From an uncultured candidate division Zixibacteria bacterium (GTDB lineage: Bacteria; Zixibacteria; MSB-5A5; GN15; FEB-12), in contig CAVTJJ010000006.1 of the NCBI GenBank assembly GCA_963735035.1, positions 32,001-96,000 of the forward strand: 64,000 nucleotides of DNA, read 5' to 3'. Shown here piece after piece: positions 52,001 through 60,842 of this stretch. Made by a program: the position numbers and the translations under genes. Within the stretch, counting starts at the first letter, position 1. The number at the start of each line of letters is the position of its first letter. The notes beneath the pieces were generated by a model, which ran no database searches, was not told the origin of the DNA, and saw only the letters and a list, made by a program, of their open reading frames with translations.

Positions 52001-53332
52001 AATAATTACGTTCTCCGCGATGGCCTCGGTCCGAACGGAGCCGTTCTGGTTGCCGACATGAGGGCGACCACTTCGTACCAGTTATGCGATGTCCAGACCC
52101 CTCGCTATGTCACAGTTCACTGGGAGTCAAATGCCTGCGCCGGGCAGTCGTTTGCAACTTTGTCGCTATCGGCTGGTTGGAATCTGATCTCACTACCGGT
52201 GACGCCGTCATCGCTGCTCTTGTCTGACATAATTCCCACGGCGGAAATAGCTTTCGAATTCAGCGGCAGCTACCATGAAGTCACCACTCTCCAGACCGGG
52301 GTGGGGTACTGGGTGAAAGTCCCGGCCGCGACCGCGGTTGTGCTGGTCGGCGTACCGGTCACAACGGTAACGTCTACGTTGACTACCGGCTGGCATTTGG
52401 TTGGTGCCCCGGATTGCAGTGCTACCCCTCAGACGGTTCCGCTGGGGGCGCTGCAGGAGATGTTCGGATTTGCCGGTGCGTATTCGCCGGCCACGCAAAC
52501 CACTGCCGGAGCCGGTTATTGGGCCAGGATCAGTCCGGACTGCACTTTCGATCTCGTCTGTGCTGCTCCGTCGCCGGCGAGACCTCTGGCCGGCGCCGTT
52601 GCTACGGACAGTCGACTGTCAATCAAGGCTGAGCGTCTCGTCAATGGTCTCGTTGGCGATGCCTTTGTCGAGCTTGGCACCGGAGCGACTTCGTCATCTC
52701 TCGATGCTCCTCCGGAGGCGCCGCAATACGCTGTTAAACTGAATCTCTATCGCTCCGAATGGAACGGGCCGTACTATAGTGACATTCGCACTGCTTCAGA
52801 TAATGACAATCTCTGGATTCTGGCCGTGAATCCATGTGGTAACGAGGGTGGTACCGGTTCACGTACAGTAGTACTATCATGGGATCCGAGTATGATGGGC
52901 GACCAGAAGTATGAACTTCGGGCGGGATCCGATGGCACCGGCGAAGTCGTGATAGCTGATATGAAAACCGACACCAGCGTGACTGTTACCGGCGACAATC
53001 GCGATCAGTTCTTTTCCGTGGTGCTCACCTCGACCGTCGCCGATGCCTTACCGTCGCAGTATGAGCTGAGCCAGAACTATCCCAACCCTTTCAACCCGAG
53101 CACTCAGATATCGTTCGGGATGCCGGGATCGGGCCATGTACGCCTCGAAGTCCTCAACATTCTCGGCCAGCATGTCGCCACGCTTCTGGATCAGAATCTG
53201 GGGGCCGGCACTCACAATATCACGTGGGAAGCCACTGACGACGGCGGCCACTCGGTTGCGAGCGGCGTGTACCTCTATCGGTTGACAGTCGGTGAATTCA
53301 GCAGCGTCAAGAAGATGGTGCTCTTGCGCTGA
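49025..53332 (+). CDS. Large secreted protein: 2x LamG-like, putative Ig, 2x cadherin-like, GWNL repeats, FlgD/T9SS type A CTD
   Basis: G.LDDVR.YN x2; GPTGMTIDAATG; NxPPVLATIG..SASDPD x2; LSQNYPNPFNPST..ASGVYLYRL..KKMVLLR. Confidence 0.85.
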   Translation: MRKTMTKGIDKQLAAIVQMAVVLLVTVAIGQPALAQTPGLSGLSITSSLGTNSVDDAIQCTYTLNGSATTAAVAWYRNTQPAMTLYMPFEGGATVGLQDFSGRGMTPVAFGAPTWSATAGRGSTGAFQFAGSSYINAGNAFPTSSSYSVVLWAYPTSLVQTMVPLGSSAASSPGHSLRIGLDGKLTAGHNGNWRIVTTGTGEILINNWYLLGVTYDNTTHAMTLYKNGQPVDTAIVAPSEMVVNDATVQIGALQGIGLFRGTLDDVRIYNAVITPEQMAVLYAAGGQNRISSRENHVGDVWEARVTPFSSSAAGTTVASNDITIVATSPVITSTAVTAGIAGKKYSYEADATGGPRPTFSLLSGPTGMTIDAATGLVTWTATTEGSYPVSISADNSQGTNIQSYSITVVAPSVGVANVVISANAGGDLQSSNSLTLNATTSATAWLKNGQPLMSLFMPAEGGSKYALEDYSGSDRTPVAIGNPVWMPTGGRDGHGAWQFDGSSYIFAGNFFPLHSSYTKAAWIYHTVSGEFNHILSSWDHNITGTEGHGMRVSFDNRLSAGQNGDWRIVQSAAGAISQNRWYFAAVTFNYATSEMTLYIDGVPVDTTIVDAAHRDVSDAGVLVGATQGAFAWKGMLDDVRLYNYSLTPQQIQNLYTAGGSRILASDTQDGQTWQSQVTGFSSTEASVPFASNVLTIGVTNQPPVLATIGPRSVQETSTLTFTVSASDPDATVPTLSATPLPTNATFVDAHNGTGSFSFTPSYTQAGTYNIWFIASDGQAADSELVAITVSNLNRPPVLATIGSQTVAEGSVLSLLVSASDPDGDAMVMSTGTLPANANFVDGGSGQGTLTFAPSYLQAGIYNVWFRVFDPAMAGDSELVQITVTDTPQNALWLATFNVQGQTVGSAVTTADVQLGVQMSAQMSWASPAPPQYTAALAIRDADSGGPYFRDVRKFGGECYYWVLEIDPHGNVAPPTTSRCATLSWNPAEFSPDNNYVLRDGLGPNGAVLVADMRATTSYQLCDVQTPRYVTVHWESNACAGQSFATLSLSAGWNLISLPVTPSSLLLSDIIPTAEIAFEFSGSYHEVTTLQTGVGYWVKVPAATAVVLVGVPVTTVTSTLTTGWHLVGAPDCSATPQTVPLGALQEMFGFAGAYSPATQTTAGAGYWARISPDCTFDLVCAAPSPARPLAGAVATDSRLSIKAERLVNGLVGDAFVELGTGATSSSLDAPPEAPQYAVKLNLYRSEWNGPYYSDIRTASDNDNLWILAVNPCGNEGGTGSRTVVLSWDPSMMGDQKYELRAGSDGTGEVVIADMKTDTSVTVTGDNRDQFFSVVLTSTVADALPSQYELSQNYPNPFNPSTQISFGMPGSGHVRLEVLNILGQHVATLLDQNLGAGTHNITWEATDDGGHSVASGVYLYRLTVGEFSSVKKMVLLR

Positions 53333-53351
53333 CCTTTGATTCGAACACCTT

Positions 53352-53390
53352 AAAGGGAGTGACCCGAACGGTCACTCCCTTTCTTTGTTT
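53352..53390. terminator. Intrinsic (likely bidirectional) terminator
   Basis: AAAGGGAGTGACC/GGTCACTCCCTTT followed by a T-rich tail. Confidence 0.85.
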
Positions 53391-53417
53391 GGCTGAACGC
53401 CTGTGCCCAAATGCCCT

Positions 53418-54164
53418 TCAGACGTTCGAATACAGCGTGAAGTGGTAGCCCCAGGTGCTCATGTCGACGACCCTAACGAATCCGGGATGTCGGGCAATCA
53501 CTTCGTTGTGCTCCGGGCTGTAGTATCCGATTATGACCTTGCGGGGACTAGATTGAATTGACCGTGATATATTGTCCAACACTCGATTCAGGACGACGTC
53601 GTCGAACGGGTTGAACATGACATAGACGGTCTCATCAGGTCTGATCGGGTAATCGACCACGTCCGACTCGACGACCCGGAATTGCGTCTCTGTTCGCACC
53701 GAGCGACTATATTTGTCGCAGTTGAGTCGGGCGATTTTGCACAACTCAGGAGCGAATTCCACGCCCCGTGCTTCGGTAAAGCCGAATTCCGACGCTATCA
53801 GCAAGACCCGTCCTTTGCCGGAACCCAGGTCAACGGTCACGCCTCCATGGGGGATCAATCGCCGAATCTGCTTGAACATCCTTCTGAGGAGCACGATCCG
53901 AGCCGGTTCATAGCGCACGCCGCGAACTTTGTTTTCACTGCGAATGCTGAGGTCTTTGAGGAGCATCCAGCGGCAGGTATCGGTGCCGTGACGGATGTCG
54001 AACCAGTGATCTACCAGCGCCACGTAGACCTTCAGCAGGGTGATCTTGAGGCCATGACGCTTGAGGGTTCTCAGTATTCTCTGAAGCACAGAATTTCCGG
54101 GACCACGAGTTTCAACCACCGCCTTTTCGGACGGGTAGGAAACCACAAATCCAGGTCCAGTCAA
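53418..54164 (-). CDS. Class I SAM-dependent methyltransferase
   Basis: VDLGSGKGRVLL, GVEF, MFNPF; start uncertain. Confidence 0.82.
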   Translation of the reverse strand: MTGPGFVVSYPSEKAVVETRGPGNSVLQRILRTLKRHGLKITLLKVYVALVDHWFDIRHGTDTCRWMLLKDLSIRSENKVRGVRYEPARIVLLRRMFKQIRRLIPHGGVTVDLGSGKGRVLLIASEFGFTEARGVEFAPELCKIARLNCDKYSRSVRTETQFRVVESDVVDYPIRPDETVYVMFNPFDDVVLNRVLDNISRSIQSSPRKVIIGYYSPEHNEVIARHPGFVRVVDMSTWGYHFTLYSNV

Positions 54165-54493
54165 CCATAAATGTTGTTACGGCTCGGCTCGCACCTCTTC
54201 ACAAGGACAACAACGGTCGCACTGGGAAGGCGTTCGTCGAATTCCAGAAGATATTCTCCTGAAATGGGAACATAGAGCAAGTACATCCAAGTTACAAGTA
54301 TAGCGATTGTTGACAGGTTTGTCTGTCGACGTCAGGCAGGTCAGCGTCGTCCCACACCTTGAATTCCTTTGAATACAGCTTTCCTGCCTGAACCGTTGCT
54401 GGGCTACAAACTGCAGAAGGCGAACGTAAATAGGTTTGGTCGTCTACCAGCCGAAAAGTAATTGTTATCGATATTCCCCCAGGAGGTTACGAA

Positions 54494-55501
54494 ATGCCAC
54501 GGAACGTTAAGGCGATTGTTGCTCTGACCTTTCTGATAAGTCTGGGGCTCTTGCCGACAGCCCATGCCACGATTCGCAATATCAACGTCGGTAATTTCTT
54601 CTTCACGCCGCTCCACACAGTCGCGAATATTGGTGACACAATCCAATGGACCTTCGTGTCGGGCATCCACAGCACAACTTCTGATGTGACCTCCCCAAAG
54701 TCGTGGGACTCGGGTACGAAGAGCTCCGGGACATTCCGTATCGTGCTAACCCGCGATGATCGTCCCGGCCCATTCCCGTACCATTGCTCTGTGCACCCTC
54801 TTATGATGATCGATACCATATTCGTTTCGCCGACTCACGATGGAGATGGTGACGGGATCGTAGACATTCACGATAACTGTCCGTTTGTGGCAAACCCGGC
54901 TCAGCAGGATAGTGACGGTGACGGCATAGGTGACATCTGCGACAACTGTCCTGCGATAGCCAATGCCAATCAGTCTGACGTCGATTTGGACGGCATAGGG
55001 GATGTTTGCGACAACTGCCCGTCGATCGCGAACCCACTGCAGACTGACACCGACGGAGACGGTATTGGTAATGCCTGCGATAATTGTCCGACGGTGGCGA
55101 ATCCGCTGCAAACTGACACCGACGGAGACGGCGTAGGTGATGTATGCGACAATTGCCCTACGGTCGCGAATCCACTGCAGACCGATACCGACGCGGACGG
55201 CATAGGAGATGCATGCGCCGGCTGCTGTGTCGGCCGAGTGGGCGACGCGAACGGTTCGGGAGAGGACTTGCCAACGATAGGTGATATCAGCGTCATGATC
55301 GATGCCAAATTCATAACCGGCGTCTGTATCGCATCGGGTCCGGGGGCAAACATTCGGTGTCTTGCAGAAGCTGATATGAACCTGTCGGGCGGTGCCAATC
55401 CGACCTGTGACGACATAACGATCGGTGACATATCAATGTTGATAGACGATCTGTTCATCACCGGTGAGCCTCCGTACGTGAGAAATGTCTGTCCACTATA
55501 A
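54494..55501 (+). CDS. Secreted plastocyanin-like cupredoxin + TSP3 repeats + dockerin-like
   Basis: FTP..GDTIQW..HS and [10 protein letters not shown] type-1 Cu ligands; five 23-aa TSP3 units; dockerin-like from 55223. Confidence 0.85.
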   Translation: MPRNVKAIVALTFLISLGLLPTAHATIRNINVGNFFFTPLHTVANIGDTIQWTFVSGIHSTTSDVTSPKSWDSGTKSSGTFRIVLTRDDRPGPFPYHCSVHPLMMIDTIFVSPTHDGDGDGIVDIHDNCPFVANPAQQDSDGDGIGDICDNCPAIANANQSDVDLDGIGDVCDNCPSIANPLQTDTDGDGIGNACDNCPTVANPLQTDTDGDGVGDVCDNCPTVANPLQTDTDADGIGDACAGCCVGRVGDANGSGEDLPTIGDISVMIDAKFITGVCIASGPGANIRCLAEADMNLSGGANPTCDDITIGDISMLIDDLFITGEPPYVRNVCPL

Positions 55502-55736
55502 TTCGGCCCTGCTTGATGGTCTGTTGTCCAACTTTGGGCCGCCCGGTTTCAGGGCCGGGCGGCTGCTTACCGTCATGGTCCGATTTAGGTGACTTTAGGT
55601 TGTTGAAATGGCATTCACCGGGGTCGTTTAAGCCGGGGGAACGTTCTACCGATACTGATATAGGGGGAAGGTACCGCGTCGGGTGACCCGGGTTGTCGCC
55701 TGTCGTCCATTTGCAAACAACTGGAGTCAAATCGGC

Positions 55737-57344
55737 ATGACGAAGAGAATTATCAGCAATTTTGGGTTGGAGAATCACGGTCTGACTAATCTCGGCAAGG
55801 TTCACTGGAACCACAACACGCCGATGCTCTACGAGGAAATTATCAAGAACGGCGAGGGCTCCCTCTGCCACCTCGGCCCGATACTGGTCAGGACCGGTCT
55901 GCACACGGGACGGGCGGCCAAGGACAAGTTCATCGTGGAAGAACCGGAAAGCCGCGGTCGGGTCTGGTGGGGCAAAGTCAACAAACCGTTCGCCTCGGAG
56001 AAATTCGATCTGCTCTTCCGCAGGCTTCAGGCCTACCTTCAGGGGCGGCACCTCTATGTTCAGGATTGCTACGCCGGGTACGATCCGAAATACCGTCTGC
56101 CGGTCCGAATCGTTACGGAGACCGCCTGGCACAATCTGTTTGCTCGAACCATGTTCATCCAGGCTAATCCGCTGGAACTCGGCGAACACGTTCCCAAGTT
56201 CACCGTCATCCACGTTCCGAATTTTCACGCCATTCCGGAGATTGATGGCACGAATTCAGAAGCCTTTATCATTCTGAATCTGAAGCGTCGGATCGTCCTG
56301 ATCGGCGGGACGTCATACGCCGGCGAAATAAAGAAGTCGATCTTTACCGTCCTCAACTATCTGTTGCCGCAGGAGAACGTTCTGTCGATGCACTGCAGCG
56401 CCAATGTTGGGTCGGGCGACGATGTCGCGCTGTTTTTCGGTCTATCCGGAACCGGCAAGACCACTCTTTCGGCCGATCCGAACCGGAAGTTGATCGGCGA
56501 CGATGAGCATGGCTGGAGCGCCGATGGCGTTTTCAACTTCGAGGGGGGGTGCTACGCGAAGGTCATCAAGCTGTCGCGGGAATCCGAGCCCGAAATCTTT
56601 GCGACAACTCGTCGATTCGGGACAATTCTTGAGAATGTAGGCATCGACCACGTTACGCGCCGACTCGATCTGAGTGATCAATCGCTGACCGAAAACACTC
56701 GTGCCGCCTATCCGCTCACTCATATTCCGAACGCCCTGCGCGAATCGATGGGGGGACATCCGAGAAATATCATCATGCTGACGGCCGATGCGTTTGGTGT
56801 TCTACCGCCGATATCGAAACTGTCGCCGGAGCAGGCGATGTATCATTTCATCTCCGGTTATACGGCTAAGGTCGCTGGGACCGAAGCGGGGGTGAGCGAG
56901 CCGACGGCGACATTCTCAGCCTGTTTCGGTGCTCCGTTCATGGTGCTACATCCGTCGCGTTACGCCGAACTCCTGGCAGATAAGATCCGCCGTCACAAGG
57001 TCAACTGCTGGCTGGTGAACACCGGCTGGTCGGGCGGGGAATACGGGGTGGGCCAGCGTATGGAAATCAAACACACCCGTGCCCTCTTGAACGCGGCGCT
57101 CGACGGTACTCTCAACCGGGCCCGCTACGAAACCGATCCGACTTTCGGTCTGCAGATTCCCGGGGCCTGCCCCGGAGTGCCGGCGGCTATTCTGAACCCA
57201 CGTAATACCTGGACGGACAAAGAGAAGTACGACCAAAAGGCGCAGCATCTCGCGACGATGTTCGTGGAGAACTTTCGCCAATTCGAGGATCAGGTATCGG
57301 ACGAGGTCAAATTGGCCGGTCCGCGAAGTGCTGCACTAGTGTAA
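55737..57344 (+). CDS. pckA: Phosphoenolpyruvate carboxykinase (ATP)
   Basis: YAGEIKK, MHCSAN, GLSGTGKTT, IGDDEHGW, NFEGGCYAK. Confidence 0.97.
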   Translation: MTKRIISNFGLENHGLTNLGKVHWNHNTPMLYEEIIKNGEGSLCHLGPILVRTGLHTGRAAKDKFIVEEPESRGRVWWGKVNKPFASEKFDLLFRRLQAYLQGRHLYVQDCYAGYDPKYRLPVRIVTETAWHNLFARTMFIQANPLELGEHVPKFTVIHVPNFHAIPEIDGTNSEAFIILNLKRRIVLIGGTSYAGEIKKSIFTVLNYLLPQENVLSMHCSANVGSGDDVALFFGLSGTGKTTLSADPNRKLIGDDEHGWSADGVFNFEGGCYAKVIKLSRESEPEIFATTRRFGTILENVGIDHVTRRLDLSDQSLTENTRAAYPLTHIPNALRESMGGHPRNIIMLTADAFGVLPPISKLSPEQAMYHFISGYTAKVAGTEAGVSEPTATFSACFGAPFMVLHPSRYAELLADKIRRHKVNCWLVNTGWSGGEYGVGQRMEIKHTRALLNAALDGTLNRARYETDPTFGLQIPGACPGVPAAILNPRNTWTDKEKYDQKAQHLATMFVENFRQFEDQVSDEVKLAGPRSAALV

Positions 57345-57363
57345 GTTGAATTATCGCAATCTC

Positions 57364-57400
57364 AGGCGCACGGGCTTTGGCTCGTGCGCCTTCTACATTT
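57364..57400 (+). terminator. Intrinsic terminator
   Basis: AGGCGCACGGGC/GCTCGTGCGCCT hairpin. Confidence 0.65.
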
Positions 57401-57557
57401 GGGCCATAAGCTCATCATTTTCGTCTCGCTTCCCCATAAGCACTCCTAACTAAACAATCCGGCAGGACGGTCGATATGAGATAGTATAGTCCATCTGTCG
57501 GCGCTGTAAAGCGCGGATGAAACCAGAACAAAACGAACGAAAATAGAACAGTAGACC

Positions 57558-58448
57558 TTGCGTAAGCAGTTCGTGGCCGATCCATGGGGGGATCACCCGT
57601 CTGAGAACGATGTCCTGATCTTCAGTTCTGTCTATCAGCAGGTTCTGGAAACCGTGGCAAGCGGAGTTCTCATAATCGGTCTGGATTACCGCCCCGTGTA
57701 CGCTAACCGCGCCTTCTGCGAGATGACCGGCGTCTGTAAGAAAGATGCGCTGAGGCTGAATTGCCACGAGGTTTTTCCCGGTCCCCAATGTAACCATGAC
57801 GAATGTCCGTTGCGCCGTGTTATCGCTGGAGAAAATCGGTTTGTCTGTGAAATCCGCAAACCGAAGGCGGACGGAGTCATTATGCCGTTTCGGGTAACCG
57901 TAACCGGGGTCAAAGAACACTCGGGAACAACGGTCGCAGCAGTTCTGGAGTTTGTAGAATTACACGAAGTCCAGTTGGCCGAACAGAACTTGGACATTCA
58001 GCTTCGCAAGTTGGAGATTCAGAAACATCTCCTGGCTGAAAGAGAAATTGCCATCCGACATTTAGCCAAAGGCGTTGAAGCTGAACGGGAGCGTATTGAA
58101 AGACGATTCCATAACAGTTTCAACTCAATCGTGAGCCCTCTTCTCAAAGTGGCCATCTCCGAGGCCCACGAGCCGCTTCGAAGCAAGCTGCAACTCATAG
58201 CCGAAAGCATCAAAGACATTGCCTCGCCGCTTCTGGACGAAAATGATGCTGGAATGACCAGTCTCTCACCCCGCGAGATCGAAATCTGCAACATGGTCCG
58301 CCGTGGTCTCGGCTCCAAAGAAATCGCCCGAATACTCACCATCGCCGAAGGCACGGTGGAGCAGCAGCGAAAACGGATTCGACGCAAGCTCGGTTTGAAG
58401 GGCACCCCGACGAATCTGTCATCCCATCTGCGGGCCGCAAAGCGATAG
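57558..58448 (+). CDS. PAS + coiled-coil + LuxR-type HTH regulator
   Basis: YANRAFCEMTG PAS; LSPREIEIC..GLGSKEIA..TVEQQRKRIRRKLG. Confidence 0.88.
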   Translation: MRKQFVADPWGDHPSENDVLIFSSVYQQVLETVASGVLIIGLDYRPVYANRAFCEMTGVCKKDALRLNCHEVFPGPQCNHDECPLRRVIAGENRFVCEIRKPKADGVIMPFRVTVTGVKEHSGTTVAAVLEFVELHEVQLAEQNLDIQLRKLEIQKHLLAEREIAIRHLAKGVEAERERIERRFHNSFNSIVSPLLKVAISEAHEPLRSKLQLIAESIKDIASPLLDENDAGMTSLSPREIEICNMVRRGLGSKEIARILTIAEGTVEQQRKRIRRKLGLKGTPTNLSSHLRAAKR

Positions 58449-58613
58449 CCCTCCTGTTTGTTTCCAACACTGCCGTTCGAGAGTAGGAAATCCCTTCCGG
58501 ATACATCTTGTATCCAGTGCATATCCGGGAATGATACCGCCACGTCTACGTTCGATAGTCGATAATTGAGATAATATTTGGAGTTTTGAGTACCTCGAAA
58601 GGAGGAGCCCCCC

Positions 58614-60740
58614 ATGCTCAAGAACCTCAGTATTGGATGGAAACTAGGCCTCGGTCTTGGCCTCGTAGTCCTTTGCATGGTGCTGGTCAACGGCATCACA
58701 TATTTTGGCCTCCAAAGCATCAACAAAAATGTCGTCCTGACCTCTCAAGCGGGTGCCGATCGGGCGTTCGCCATCGAGAAGGAAGTCGATCACCTTAAGT
58801 GGATGGCAGGACTCTGTGAGCTCTGGCTGGATCCGAACGCCACCGGTGTGACTGTGCAAACGGATGATCACAAATGCGGTCTCGGCAAGTGGCTTTTTTC
58901 CGAGGAGACCCGGAAGCTGGCCGAAACCGATCCGGAGCTGGGGACACTCTTGAAGGCGATGGAGGCGCCGCATTTCCGGCTGCACTCGTCGGCTGCGAAG
59001 ATCAATGACATCTACAAGGGCTTCGGAACCTACGCCATGACCCCGCCCGAAGAACGTAAGCAGGCATCATTCGCGGTGTTTTTGAGCGAAACCAAGCCGG
59101 CCGTGACGGAGACCCAGCAACGACTCGGAGAATTGAAGGATTTCTTCTCCAATCGCTCCAAGACCCTGGAGGGCGAGATCGAATCACAAATTGCCACTTC
59201 AGTGACGGTCCTTGTGACGCTTTCGATACTTGCCGCTCTACTCGGCGCGGGAGCGGGTTGGTTCGCTATCCGTAGCGTAACCGGTCCGATCAGTCGCGTG
59301 GTCAAAGCTACCGAGGCCATGAACCGCGAGTTCGCCGGTATGGAGACGGTGATCGAGGCCATCGCCGCAAACGATCTGACCAAAGACGTGGCCGAGTCGC
59401 AAATCCAGCGGATAGGGGTGACTTCCCGCGATGAAATCGGCCGCCTCGTTGAAAGCATCGAAGACACTATCGCGTGCCGGGATCGGATGGGGGTATCTGT
59501 CCGGCGTATGGTCACCAGTCTCAACAACATGGTCCGACAACTTTCCGATAATGCCCGAGAGCTGGTTTCGGCGGCCACCCAGGTAGCGTCGACGTCAGAG
59601 CAAATGTCGAATGGAGCGCATAGGCAGACGGCGCAGGTAACTCAAGTTTCGAGCGCCGTTGAAGAAATGACCGCCACCATCATCGGATCATCGAAGAACG
59701 CCGGCGACGCTTCGGAGACCGCCGGCAGCGCATCTCAGACCGCCATTCAGGGCGGCGAGGTTGTAAGCCAGACGATTCTGGGAATGCAGAAGATCGCCGA
59801 CACGGTCAGGGAATCAGCTGACTCAATCGGCAAACTGGCCAAGTCGGCCGAGCAGATTGGCGCTATTATCAACGTCATCGATGACATCGCTGACCAGACC
59901 AACCTTCTCGCTCTCAACGCCGCCATCGAGGCCGCTCGCGCCGGCGAGCAGGGGCGCGGATTTGCAGTCGTAGCCGACGAAGTGCGCAAATTGGCCGAGC
60001 GCACCGGCAAGGCCACCGGCGAGATCACCGCCATGATCAAAGGAATACAGGTTCAGACCGACGACGCCGTCAAGTCGATGCAGAGCGGTATCCAGCAGGT
60101 TGAGAAAGGCCGCATGCTGGCCGACCAGGCGGGTAATTCCCTGAACGAGATCGTGACCATGTCTCAGAAGGTCATGGACATGATCCAGCAGATAGCTTCG
60201 TCGACCGCCGAGCAGTCCACGGCCGCCGAAGAAATATCGCGCACCATTGAGCTGGTGGCTTCAATCAGCGACGAATCAGCCACCGGAGCCGAGCAGTCCG
60301 CGTCGGCCGCCGAACAATTGAATCGCCAGGCCGAAGGACTTCAACAGATGGTGGCATCGTTCCAGCTTCGGAGCGGTGACTCCGGTATCGTCGAGTTGGC
60401 CAAGCAGGATCACATGCTGTACATAAAGAAGCTGGAGCAAGTTGTACGGCGACCTGAATCAGCCGCCAATTGGAAGACGGTCGACCATCACAACTGCCGC
60501 TTCGGCAAGTGGTACTACTCGGCCGCTACGACCGGGATGCGGGGCGATAACGCCTATCGCTGTCTCGAGGATCCCCACGCCAAGGTACACGAATTTGCCA
60601 ACCGGGCAGTCGAAGCAGTCAAGGCGTCGCGAGATGAGCAAGCAGCTCAACTAAGTGAGCAAGCGCATCAGGCCTCGCATGAAGTGGTGACAAAATTGGC
60701 CGAACTGGCCGAGCACATGAGTGCCAACGTAGGAAAGTAG
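58614..60740 (+). CDS. Methyl-accepting chemotaxis protein with two CZB domains
   Basis: [37 protein letters not shown] motifs DHLKW..CGLGKW..H..H and DHMLY..CRFGKWY..H..H. Confidence 0.93.
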   Translation: MLKNLSIGWKLGLGLGLVVLCMVLVNGITYFGLQSINKNVVLTSQAGADRAFAIEKEVDHLKWMAGLCELWLDPNATGVTVQTDDHKCGLGKWLFSEETRKLAETDPELGTLLKAMEAPHFRLHSSAAKINDIYKGFGTYAMTPPEERKQASFAVFLSETKPAVTETQQRLGELKDFFSNRSKTLEGEIESQIATSVTVLVTLSILAALLGAGAGWFAIRSVTGPISRVVKATEAMNREFAGMETVIEAIAANDLTKDVAESQIQRIGVTSRDEIGRLVESIEDTIACRDRMGVSVRRMVTSLNNMVRQLSDNARELVSAATQVASTSEQMSNGAHRQTAQVTQVSSAVEEMTATIIGSSKNAGDASETAGSASQTAIQGGEVVSQTILGMQKIADTVRESADSIGKLAKSAEQIGAIINVIDDIADQTNLLALNAAIEAARAGEQGRGFAVVADEVRKLAERTGKATGEITAMIKGIQVQTDDAVKSMQSGIQQVEKGRMLADQAGNSLNEIVTMSQKVMDMIQQIASSTAEQSTAAEEISRTIELVASISDESATGAEQSASAAEQLNRQAEGLQQMVASFQLRSGDSGIVELAKQDHMLYIKKLEQVVRRPESAANWKTVDHHNCRFGKWYYSAATTGMRGDNAYRCLEDPHAKVHEFANRAVEAVKASRDEQAAQLSEQAHQASHEVVTKLAELAEHMSANVGK

Positions 60741-60792
60741 TCAACTCGTCCCATGTCTGATCATGATGCCTGAATCATGATCTCGCGCATCG

Positions 60793-60840
60793 GCCGGGGC
60801 GCACGGAGTTCAAGCTCCGGCGTCCCGGCTTTTCATTTCT
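60793..60840 (+). terminator. Intrinsic terminator
   Basis: GCCGGGGCGC..GCGTCCCGGC followed by TTTTCATTT. Confidence 0.65.
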
Positions 60841-60842
60841 GA

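Noticed and set aside
58535..58570. sigma28 promoter for the chemoreceptor (GTCGATAA)
   Set aside because: No acceptable -35 element at the expected spacing.
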